Part shown: in pieces, positions 1-9,013 of the stretch
How the letters are laid out: every line of letters starts with the position of its first letter
Position numbering within the stretch: the stretch's first letter is position 1
DNA from: a virus
Length of the DNA: 64,000 bases
Strand: one strand, 5' to 3'
IMG/VR virus record: IMGVR_UViG_3300009826_000003
Span: 2,081 to 66,080 of that record
Made by a program: the position numbers and the translations under genes
The notes under the pieces: generated by a model
The model's database searches: none
Told to the model about the DNA's origin: nothing
The model's input: only the letters and a program-made list of their open reading frames with translations

Positions 1-2867
1 CGCGCGAAAAGGAAGAGGCAGAAAAAGCAAAGAAGGAAGCGGAAGAGGCCAAGAAAGAAGCCGAAAAAGCAAAAGAGGAAGCAGAAAAAGCAAAGAAAGA
101 CGCCGAACAAGCACAGGAGCCAGGAAAACCGGAGCCACCTAAACCGGAGCCTGAAAAGCCTGCTCCCCCAACAACTTTCATTCCTCCGCCAGAGGCACCA
201 CCTGCGCCTCCGCCTGCTGCTGAGCCTCCGCCTGTGCCGACACCAGAGAGGCCACCTGAGCCGCACGCAGCGCCACCAGCAGCGCCACCTCCGCCACCTG
301 TACCGGCTCAGCCAGAAGTGCCGCCAGCGGCTCAGCCAGAGGCCGCGAATGTGCCTGTGCCGCAACCGATTTCGCCAGAGGAAGTTGCCGAAGCGACCAA
401 GCCAGCAATAGATGCCGCAAAGAATGCTGGCGAGAATTTCGCGAAAGGCTTTGCAGATGGCATCATTTCGGGCGTTCATTATGTACGGCAGGCCGCAATT
501 CAAGCGGCAGAGGCAGCAGCGGGAGCATTGCCCGGATCGCCTGCTAAATATGGACCTTTGAGTGGTGAAGGATATACGCTTTATCGCGGAAAGAAATTCA
601 CCTCTGCATTTGCAGAAGGAATTGCGGCCAATGTTGGCGAAGTCAAATCAAATGCGGTTTCTGTTGCGCATGGCGCGGCAAAACCTATGTCCGACAGGTT
701 TACTCAATTTATCGAAGACATGAATGAGATGTCTTCCTTTGGAAGAAAGATCGCCAATTTTCTTACTAGTATTGTCAATATAGGTGTGCAGGTTGGCAAG
801 CTATTTGAATCCTTTATGAAGCCAGGTAAAGGAAAAGGAAAAGAAGGCGAAATGACGCCTGAGCAATACGCCAGGTATCAACAACAAGCCGGATTAATGG
901 GACAACCTGCATTACCTGCGCCTGGTGGAATTAGTACCGGAAAAGGCGGTACTGGTGGCCAAACACCAGGCGCGGCAGGGGGAATGGGAGCACCGCCTGC
1001 TCCGCCTCCGCCTGCTGGCGCTGGAAAAGCTGCAAATGCGAGATACATTTATCATACGGCAAGAGCGCGCGGATATAACGATTCGCAAGCAAGAGACATC
1101 GTTGCTTATGGACTTGGCGAAAGTGGTTTGAATCCAGCAATTTCCGGTCAGGCGAATGACCCTTATGGGCAAGCGGTCGGTGGAATCTTCCAAATGACAC
1201 CAACTTTCGCGCAGGGCGGAGGTATTCGACCAGAGGAACGATTCCAATTAGATAAAAACACTGAAGCCTATTTGAACCAATTAGAGAGAAACCGTCATTT
1301 GCCAATGGCAGGTTTTGGTGTTGGGCAGGGTGCTCTTGCAACAACTTCCGTGGGCGGACCTCTTACGCGGGAAGGCAAACAAGATTGGGACCGCTTAAGA
1401 AGCGAAACGGATGCGCTTTTAACTGGTGTAAACACCAGCGCAACTACATTCGGAGATGCCGCGCAAAATGCGACAAAAGGTGTGGATAGCCTTGGGACAT
1501 CAGCGAATTCAGCAAGCAATTCTCTAGGCACATTTTCCACCACTGCTGGAAAAGGTGGCGTTGGTGGCGTTGCTGGTCTAGCTCCACAAGCGGCAAAGGG
1601 TCAAAGGGAACCATATAGTTTGCCGGTTGGCGCAGGTGGCGTTGGTGGTTATGGCGTTGGTGGTCAGGAATACTTTTCGAAAATTCCTTGGGTACAAGCC
1701 ATTGAGCAGACTTTCGGAATTAAGGCCAGTACCTATCAAGGGCACCAAGCACAAGGTAATGTTCAAAAAGGAATTGACTGGATAGGCTCAGCACCAGGCG
1801 GTCGCCATGCGCCTGAAAATGTACGGAGAATGAATGCCTTTGCCGAATACCTTTATGCTAATCCTCAATTAGTAGAACAGTTGATATTCCAAAATCCACA
1901 GACAGGCCAGCAGTTCGGAATTATCAACGGGCAGAGGAACATTCAAGGTATGGCAGGCGAATATCCAACACATATGGATCACGTCCATATTCGTACTAGC
2001 TATTCAATTCCTTTGCCTGATGGCACTTACATTTCTACGCCAGGTGGTCTACAAGCAACCCAAGGAATGACACCAGAACAATATCAGCGCTATCAACAAC
2101 AGACCGGATTAATGGGTCAGCCAGCAGCGCCATTTGGTATTTCTGGCGAAGCTGGTACTGAGGGTGCTGGATTTATGGATCAGGTTGGAAATATCGCTAG
2201 TGGTATTTCGTCCATTGTTAATGATGTATTTGATCTTTTCGACACCTCATTAAAGGCAATTGCTGACACTAAGAAGACGACAGGCATTCTGGCACGCGGT
2301 ATTTCGAATACCGAAGACATAATGAAAATGATTGACACGGTACAGACCTTTATTGAGCTAGGCGCAAAGGTCGCGCAAACCGTGAGTGACGTTGCAAGCA
2401 CTATCAATTCATTTATTCCTGACGCTGGTGGCGCAGACTTCGGAGGAACAGCAGCAGCAAAAGCTGCATTGCAAGCTGTATCTGCAATTGCCGGAATTAT
2501 CGCGGCCACGCTCCAAACGATAAATACCGGAATTGAATTGGCGCAAGAGGCTTATAAGATTGGCACTAAGTATATGGGTCGAATGCTACAGGCTTGGTAC
2601 GGATTAACTGGTGCGACTGACATTCGCTATTTGCTGGATACCATCGAAGGTCAATTGCAAGTGTATACGTCCGAAAACCCTGAATTCAAACAGACTTTCA
2701 ACACCTTATCGCGACAACTAGGTGCAAGGTATGGTGAAAGGCAAGGCGCACAAAACCAATTCAATATCTATCAGGGACCAGGCCAAGACCCGCGCGATAC
2801 GATGAATGATGCAATGTTTGCGATAAGGTCAAGTGGCGTAGGTGCTTTCGGATACTCAGGAATGTAG
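1..2867 (+). CDS. Tape measure protein, C-terminal part (5'-truncated by window) with lysozyme/SLT-like and peptidase-like domains
   Basis: Frame of ORF 234..2867 is open from base 3 (EAEKAK and Pro-rich linkers). Contains IVAYGLGESGLNP...GGIFQM (lytic transglycosylase-like) and HMDHVHI (motif seen in actinophage TMPs). Followed by minor tail genes. Confidence 0.85.
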   Translation, partial: REKEEAEKAKKEAEEAKKEAEKAKEEAEKAKKDAEQAQEPGKPEPPKPEPEKPAPPTTFIPPPEAPPAPPPAAEPPPVPTPERPPEPHAAPPAAPPPPPVPAQPEVPPAAQPEAANVPVPQPISPEEVAEATKPAIDAAKNAGENFAKGFADGIISGVHYVRQAAIQAAEAAAGALPGSPAKYGPLSGEGYTLYRGKKFTSAFAEGIAANVGEVKSNAVSVAHGAAKPMSDRFTQFIEDMNEMSSFGRKIANFLTSIVNIGVQVGKLFESFMKPGKGKGKEGEMTPEQYARYQQQAGLMGQPALPAPGGISTGKGGTGGQTPGAAGGMGAPPAPPPPAGAGKAANARYIYHTARARGYNDSQARDIVAYGLGESGLNPAISGQANDPYGQAVGGIFQMTPTFAQGGGIRPEERFQLDKNTEAYLNQLERNRHLPMAGFGVGQGALATTSVGGPLTREGKQDWDRLRSETDALLTGVNTSATTFGDAAQNATKGVDSLGTSANSASNSLGTFSTTAGKGGVGGVAGLAPQAAKGQREPYSLPVGAGGVGGYGVGGQEYFSKIPWVQAIEQTFGIKASTYQGHQAQGNVQKGIDWIGSAPGGRHAPENVRRMNAFAEYLYANPQLVEQLIFQNPQTGQQFGIINGQRNIQGMAGEYPTHMDHVHIRTSYSIPLPDGTYISTPGGLQATQGMTPEQYQRYQQQTGLMGQPAAPFGISGEAGTEGAGFMDQVGNIASGISSIVNDVFDLFDTSLKAIADTKKTTGILARGISNTEDIMKMIDTVQTFIELGAKVAQTVSDVASTINSFIPDAGGADFGGTAAAKAALQAVSAIAGIIAATLQTINTGIELAQEAYKIGTKYMGRMLQAWYGLTGATDIRYLLDTIEGQLQVYTSENPEFKQTFNTLSRQLGARYGERQGAQNQFNIYQGPGQDPRDTMNDAMFAIRSSGVGAFGYSGM
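852..2126 (+). repeat. Two ~60-bp direct repeats (852-911, 2067-2126) encoding MTPEQY.RYQQQ.GLMGQPA
   Basis: Near-identical peptides MTPEQYARYQQQAGLMGQPA and MTPEQYQRYQQQTGLMGQPA flank the enzymatic block. Confidence 0.9.
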
Positions 2868-2874
2868 GCGAAAT

Positions 2875-4542
2875 ATGTTGAACCGCAACCTTTTACCAGG
2901 TCAGTATCAAATAGGCAATTTCGTATTTGGTGCTCACACGATGTTTCGCATTGAATCGTGCGACATTGGCGCGTATGAGTTGAATGTTCAAGACTATCAA
3001 CGTGGTTCGTCTGATGAATTAAGTTTTGGTGAGGACACACTTAAGCCAATGCCAATGACGTTGACTATCAACGCATTAAACAACTATGCGATGCCTCATG
3101 TTGGCGCGATTATGAAGGACTTTCGCGAATTGAATTTTGATAATGACCGGCAACCGGGCATCTTCGCGCGGGAATGGCGCGCGGATGAGACCCGCCATAA
3201 ATGGGGCGAATTGAAGCCATTAAAGATATGTCGTCCTAGAGATGGAACTGTGGTTAGAGTGTATGGCAGGCCAGGGAAATTGGCTGTGACTCCGCTTGGA
3301 AGGCCACCAAATAACCAGGCGCGCAAGATGATTGCGGAGTTTCGGAGGTCTGATACGTTGTACTACAGCGATTACGAATATATGCTTTCCACTAAGCCAA
3401 ATGAAATCAAAACCGTTGTGCGCAATGCGAATCACGACATGGGAGATGCGCCAAGTTGGTTGCGCCTCATACTAGTTGGGCCAATGACGCATCCAATCAT
3501 CCAATTAGGTTTTGTAACAATAGAATTGGATGCTACCATTGCTATTGGTTCTATGGTCGAAATCTCTAGCTATCCGTGGGCTAGGCGCGCGGTAGACCTT
3601 GATAGCGGAATCTCCTTGAATTCCAGGGTAACTCGACCATATCTAGACAAACTCTTGTTTGAGACTAATAGCAAAGTTGAATTCTCTTGGAACGCAAGCG
3701 GTTTGAAACCTAGCTTTGGAGATGTCGAAGAGGATTTTGGTGAGTATGATTTAGATATGCTAAAGGAGAAATGGCTTATTCATTATATGGGGCCAGGCCA
3801 GGGAGAAATAGCGCCGAAAATTCAAGTGCTGCCAGGACTTCCGCTGATCCATGCTGTATTAGCTTGGCACGATAGCGGCAACCGTTGGCGATTAGGGACC
3901 GCTATTCGCAAATTAAAGAAAACGATAAGTGACTGGCAAAAGGTCGGAATGCAAATTGGAATTGCGCCTGAGCCAAGTCTTTTCGAAGAGGAATGTGCAA
4001 ATCGAATCATAGGACGCAGCAACGCGGAAGGCACGCGGTATCACTATTGGGATATTCGCTATCCGAATTTCATTTTCGGAGTACATATTGATGGAACTGA
4101 TTACGAAATTAGTAAGACATTCAAAATCCCAAGAGTGCTAGCGGTTTTGGAGAACATCATCGACAATTTCAAAGGTCTATTTGGAAGGGGAGACCACGCT
4201 GGCGCTGGTTGGTATTGGGAAGCGGAATTTGGCAGTGGTGAAGACATCCACACTCATACGCTTTGGATCAATAAACATCGCGTTTGTGTATTTCGAAATG
4301 TGAATGGTTGGGGATACCTTGGGCCAGAGTATCGGCATTATGGATTTGGAATGAAAGCAACGCAAAGGCTTTTGGGCCAGTCAACACCTGGTCCTCTTAT
4401 TAGGTTTTGGGCCAGTGACAATTACCCTCCTAGCATTGCAGAGGAAATTCTAAGAGAAGCCGAAGCAGCAGCGGAAAAGGAATATGGGTTAATTAATTCT
4501 ATGTGCTATTTGTTGTGGAGGGACGCATGGCAAACCCTATAG
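2875..4542 (+). CDS. Minor tail protein (distal-tail-like, with insertion)
   Basis: First gene after TMP. Start moved to ATG 2875. Confidence 0.7.
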   Translation: MLNRNLLPGQYQIGNFVFGAHTMFRIESCDIGAYELNVQDYQRGSSDELSFGEDTLKPMPMTLTINALNNYAMPHVGAIMKDFRELNFDNDRQPGIFAREWRADETRHKWGELKPLKICRPRDGTVVRVYGRPGKLAVTPLGRPPNNQARKMIAEFRRSDTLYYSDYEYMLSTKPNEIKTVVRNANHDMGDAPSWLRLILVGPMTHPIIQLGFVTIELDATIAIGSMVEISSYPWARRAVDLDSGISLNSRVTRPYLDKLLFETNSKVEFSWNASGLKPSFGDVEEDFGEYDLDMLKEKWLIHYMGPGQGEIAPKIQVLPGLPLIHAVLAWHDSGNRWRLGTAIRKLKKTISDWQKVGMQIGIAPEPSLFEEECANRIIGRSNAEGTRYHYWDIRYPNFIFGVHIDGTDYEISKTFKIPRVLAVLENIIDNFKGLFGRGDHAGAGWYWEAEFGSGEDIHTHTLWINKHRVCVFRNVNGWGYLGPEYRHYGFGMKATQRLLGQSTPGPLIRFWASDNYPPSIAEEILREAEAAAEKEYGLINSMCYLLWRDAWQTL

Positions 4543-5711
4543 ACTATTATGATCGTTTTCGCTTTTGTATCGAAGACGTGCATGGCAACATTGTTGCCAG
4601 AGATGTTGTGGGACAAGAGGTTAAAATCAACCGCGCGCTTAGTGGTCCGTCCGAAATCAGCATGAAGCTGCATCCGAAAGAGCCTAGTATTCAACAACTT
4701 TCAGGCGCGGGACCAATTCAGTTGAAACCGTGGGGCCACTGGATACATGCCTTGAAATACAACCAATTTGGCGAAGAGGTGTTTATAGCGTCTTGTATCA
4801 TGGAACCAAGCGAAATAGAGCCAGAGACAGGTATATTGAATTTGCGCGCAAAGGGTTTCACCAACTATGCGAAAGGCATCCCCTGGCTACAGAATTGGAA
4901 TCCCATTGCTGTTGATCCTTTTGAAATAATGGATCGCATTTGGAAGCACATTCAGAGTTATCACAATGCCGCGCTTGGGGTTTCAGTGTATCCGGCATCA
5001 AGTGGAACACTTATGTTGCCGGGATGGAGCTTTAACAATGAGCAATTCATTCAGGACTTTTTCGCTATATTCATTCGCGCCTCTGATAAAACAGACTGTG
5101 GCGAATACATTGAAAAGCTGGCGCGCGACATCCCTTTCGATTATGTCGAAGAGAGTGGATGGAATGAAAATAGGACGGCAATTAAAAAGGGAATTCGATT
5201 AGGGTATCCAAGCGGCGGAACAAAGCAACATGGCCTTGCATTTCGGAGGGGAGAGAATGTCACTGTGGCCGCGCCGAAATTAGAGTCAGAAGTGGAATGG
5301 ATGTCTGACATCATTATCGACGGATTTTTCCCTGGAAAGACTTACAGCGCAACGATTTCCAACTATGACCCTGACCGATTCCGACGTGTGATGAACGAAA
5401 TGGATTTGAGAATTGATTCGAATGAGCGCGCAGCGGCATGGGCCAAAAGGAAATTGACACGAAGGCAATTCCCTTATCAATATGAATCTCTATTTATTGA
5501 CCCTTACCATCCGAATGCACCATTTGGGACATTTGACGTTGGCGACGAAATTCTAATTGAGGGCAATATGCCTTGGGTCGGAGAAGGGATAAAACAATGG
5601 CATCGAATAATGGGGATGTCTTGGGATGAAACGAAAAAGGATGGACGGTTAGGATTGGCAGTAATGGCAGAAGGTGCATTTAACTACGATCCGATTGTGT
5701 ATATAAAATGA
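4527..5711 (+). CDS. Minor tail protein (baseplate hub/Tal-like)
   Basis: Second gene after TMP, ~394 aa. Synteny only. Confidence 0.65.
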   Translation: MANPIDYYDRFRFCIEDVHGNIVARDVVGQEVKINRALSGPSEISMKLHPKEPSIQQLSGAGPIQLKPWGHWIHALKYNQFGEEVFIASCIMEPSEIEPETGILNLRAKGFTNYAKGIPWLQNWNPIAVDPFEIMDRIWKHIQSYHNAALGVSVYPASSGTLMLPGWSFNNEQFIQDFFAIFIRASDKTDCGEYIEKLARDIPFDYVEESGWNENRTAIKKGIRLGYPSGGTKQHGLAFRRGENVTVAAPKLESEVEWMSDIIIDGFFPGKTYSATISNYDPDRFRRVMNEMDLRIDSNERAAAWAKRKLTRRQFPYQYESLFIDPYHPNAPFGTFDVGDEILIEGNMPWVGEGIKQWHRIMGMSWDETKKDGRLGLAVMAEGAFNYDPIVYIK

Positions 5712-8700
5712 CTACTCTATTTGGTGGACCTGGCTTTGGTGGTGGCGGGACTATGCCACCGACGCGAGAAGCAAAAGCGTTGGCGGCTATTGATTCTCGC
5801 ACGCAGACTTTCGTCAATCAGGATTTTGTCCGAAACATTCAGTGGCTCAACAATTCTGTGGACACATTATCCGCTTACACACAGAAATTGCAACAGGGAG
5901 TGGACGCTGCAAATCAAAATGCATTAGAGCAATTGCAGGGAATTATCGCTGATCTAATTGTGATATTCGCAGGCGGAACACCAACGGGAATTGATTTGGG
6001 AGACCTCAAATACATTTTCCAAGCATTAGGGACTTTGTTAGGTATCAACCCTGATACTGTATTTCCGCTGAATCTTATTGAGGCAGCAGGGAATCTGTTT
6101 CGCCAATTCATTGTTCCTTTACCGCAATTCACGGACATTATATTTGACGCAATGGAATTATGGTTGGAAAGGTTTGGGTTTTCCGACGAAGCAATCGAAG
6201 CGGTCAGGGAATTCAATGATGCTGTGACCGATTTATATTTTGGCATAACGGATTTTACGTCTGGCATCATTCCCGCTCTGAATCGACTATTAAAGCAAAT
6301 AGGACTTGGATTCGGTTGGTTAGACCTCACTCTATTACGCAGGCTTGTGGATGACCTCCGCGCGAAAATTCAGAAGTTGTTAAGTGGCCCAAGGGATTTC
6401 CTTTTGAATATCTTGAGCATCTTGATAACAACTGTATTTAAAGCGATGACGTGGTTGGTCAATTTGATTAATCCACGAAACCTTATGCGTAGCTTGGGAT
6501 TAGAGAGCTTGGGACCGGACCTAGCGCCGAATATCTCTGACCTGACAACCATTTGGCAAGTAGGCTCAAATCCAAATACGCAATGGGTATTTGACGCTAC
6601 ACAATGGAGTCCTGGCACGCCTCTTGAAGATTTGGTTAATGGTCGCGGTCAAGGATCGTTTAGGACTATCGGAAACGCTTATGGCAAAAGGATTTTGACG
6701 CAAGGTACTGAAACCTGTACTCCTGGTGAGACTTTCGCGTTTAGTGGTTGGCTGAGATGGCAAGGTGTTGCTACTCATCAGAATCAATGGGGGCCATGTA
6801 TTGTCTTCTATGCCGGTCTAAATGAAATAGAGCAACAGAATATTGATGCGCCATCTGATCGCGAAACTGATGGCGGTTGGTTACAGGTTGGCCGAAACAT
6901 CATAGTTCCCAACAACGTTGACGGCTTTAAGCTTGGCTATCGTTGTGGTGCGCAGGTCGGAGCAGGGACCATTTGGGGCGGAACACTTACTTGCTCGAAA
7001 TTGTCGCTTGGTCTCGAATTCAGTTTGTTTAACCTATTTGTACCGTGGAATATCTTTAAGAATATTCCCTCACTTGGCGACCTCTCTATTGGTGGCGTAA
7101 ACGCTTGGCTCAAAACGTTTTTGACCTCTCTTAGTCCGCTGAATGCCAACAATATATATGGATTCATTCCCGACAATTTGTTAGCGAAAGTTCCGATTGC
7201 TAGCCTATTCGCTGGCCAGACTGAGCTTTTGATGCATCCCGGCTTCGACAATTTGAATACCCTTGAGGGACAAGGTGTTTGGCACCATGATGAAAACATA
7301 GGCCATTCGAAATTTGGCTCTGTGTATGTGGATTGCGACGGTACGCTAAAGGAATTGTATAACCGCAACATAATTCCGGTTGAGGCGAAGCAAGGTTTTA
7401 CCTGGCGCGTCTGGGTACGCTGGCAAGCTTTAGGTGGATTTTCCACTAATCCTGCTTGTATCGTAATTCAGGAATACGCAGACGACGAATGCGAAGAATT
7501 TGTTGCTGAAAAGACAATGAACTTTGCAGGCGGAACAGGGCCGAACAGCGGTTGGCAACAGATGACATCGAATTACACTGTGCCGCAAGGTGTTTCGATG
7601 ATTAAGTACAAATTGCAGGTGAAAGCGTCTGCGACCTCTGGACGTGTATGGTTCGATGACGCAAGCGGAAAGCGGACTAACCTCCTTGGTTGGAACTTGA
7701 TTGACAGTCTCGAAAGTGCTTGGAGCGCTTTGATTTCCGCGCTTAGGGGATGGACATTCAACTTTGGTGATGGCTTGTCTGGTCTGTGGGAAAGCATTAC
7801 AGACATTGCAGCGCGCTTCCGAAACCTGTTGCCTACAGGGTGGTTTGACGCTTCTTGGCTGACAAACATATTCAACATCCCTAGCTTGTCTGACCTCAGT
7901 GTACCTGGTGTATTGACCCTTGTTGACAATATTACCACTGGAATATTCGGTTGGGCCGGATTTGGATTTAGACATGAAGATTCAAAAGAAGCGTTGGAAT
8001 CAATACGAATTCGGATGGAACAACATTCAACAGCACTTGAATCCTTTTTGGCAAAAGAGTCTAGCGGCTTTGTTATTGAGGACAATTTCCGAAGGAATGG
8101 AAACAATTTAGATAACTCTAAATGGTCACAAATGTATGCTGGTTCAAGCGGCAGATACGAAACACGAATAGACAGAGGCGCGGTCTGGAATACTGGATCA
8201 GGTATTACGCACGGAACTTTCATTTGGATTGGTAATGCGCCATCTACCCAAACACAAAGCAATTACCAGGATGTCGGATTAGTGTTGAATAGCGCAAACC
8301 ATGTAAGTTGGGCGGGTAGTAGGTGGGGATCAGTTGAGGTTGTATGTCGATTTCAAGGTGGCCCAAACAATGCAAACGATTTTGTGAAATTCCGCGTAGA
8401 AGGTAATCGTGAATGGTTTTTAATGAGATACAATGGCGGAATTCAAAGGCAGGTAGCAAATGGCAAATTGTCATTCACACCAAATGCCGGAACGTTTGTC
8501 CGAATTATGGCTGGCGACATGGCAATTGGAGACCAGCGCATTTTCAGATGCTTTGTCGGATTAGAGAAGATTTATGATTGGCCTGATGTTGGCCAGGTAA
8601 CAACAATGGGACCGACGGCACGCGGAGTTGGATTTGGCGCAAGCGCATATGATGGGTTATTTACAAGCCAACAAGCGCCAGCAGGTATTTCGCTATTCGT

Positions 8701-8716
8701 AGGAAAGGATCAGTAA
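5708..8716 (+). CDS. Large minor tail protein with carbohydrate-binding-module-like domains
   Basis: 1002 aa, coiled-coil N-terminus, two CBM-like beta segments (GWLQVGRNIIVP; GWQQMTSNYTVP...VWFDD). Confidence 0.7.
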   Translation: MTTLFGGPGFGGGGTMPPTREAKALAAIDSRTQTFVNQDFVRNIQWLNNSVDTLSAYTQKLQQGVDAANQNALEQLQGIIADLIVIFAGGTPTGIDLGDLKYIFQALGTLLGINPDTVFPLNLIEAAGNLFRQFIVPLPQFTDIIFDAMELWLERFGFSDEAIEAVREFNDAVTDLYFGITDFTSGIIPALNRLLKQIGLGFGWLDLTLLRRLVDDLRAKIQKLLSGPRDFLLNILSILITTVFKAMTWLVNLINPRNLMRSLGLESLGPDLAPNISDLTTIWQVGSNPNTQWVFDATQWSPGTPLEDLVNGRGQGSFRTIGNAYGKRILTQGTETCTPGETFAFSGWLRWQGVATHQNQWGPCIVFYAGLNEIEQQNIDAPSDRETDGGWLQVGRNIIVPNNVDGFKLGYRCGAQVGAGTIWGGTLTCSKLSLGLEFSLFNLFVPWNIFKNIPSLGDLSIGGVNAWLKTFLTSLSPLNANNIYGFIPDNLLAKVPIASLFAGQTELLMHPGFDNLNTLEGQGVWHHDENIGHSKFGSVYVDCDGTLKELYNRNIIPVEAKQGFTWRVWVRWQALGGFSTNPACIVIQEYADDECEEFVAEKTMNFAGGTGPNSGWQQMTSNYTVPQGVSMIKYKLQVKASATSGRVWFDDASGKRTNLLGWNLIDSLESAWSALISALRGWTFNFGDGLSGLWESITDIAARFRNLLPTGWFDASWLTNIFNIPSLSDLSVPGVLTLVDNITTGIFGWAGFGFRHEDSKEALESIRIRMEQHSTALESFLAKESSGFVIEDNFRRNGNNLDNSKWSQMYAGSSGRYETRIDRGAVWNTGSGITHGTFIWIGNAPSTQTQSNYQDVGLVLNSANHVSWAGSRWGSVEVVCRFQGGPNNANDFVKFRVEGNREWFLMRYNGGIQRQVANGKLSFTPNAGTFVRIMAGDMAIGDQRIFRCFVGLEKIYDWPDVGQVTTMGPTARGVGFGASAYDGLFTSQQAPAGISLFVGKDQ

Positions 8717-9013
8717 ATGCCAAGAGGAAGCGCAAAGCCGAAACCTGTTGAGACACAATACTTTTCGCTGGAAACGCCAGAAGATTTCTTGGAGTTGTCT
8801 AAAGCTGCTCTAGGTTGGGGATACGCTGGACTTATTTCTAGTCGAATGAATCCAGACATGGGCGGAGGTCCGCTAATAGAAACGTGGCATATACAGTTAG
8901 ACAGTGAATTGCAGGTCGGATTTGAAGCGAATAAGGGAGAGGTAATCCTTTGGGAGTCAGGACATTTCAGGGCGATCACGGCTAATGAGTTTCAGGAGAA
9001 GTATAACGCATGA
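8717..9013 (+). CDS. Hypothetical protein, tail region
   Basis: 98-aa ORF abutting both neighbours. Confidence 0.7.
   Translation: MPRGSAKPKPVETQYFSLETPEDFLELSKAALGWGYAGLISSRMNPDMGGGPLIETWHIQLDSELQVGFEANKGEVILWESGHFRAITANEFQEKYNA

Noticed and set aside
1-420. Short repeats at the window start as a repeat locus
   Set aside because: They encode EAEKAK and Pro-rich low-complexity linkers of the tape measure frame.
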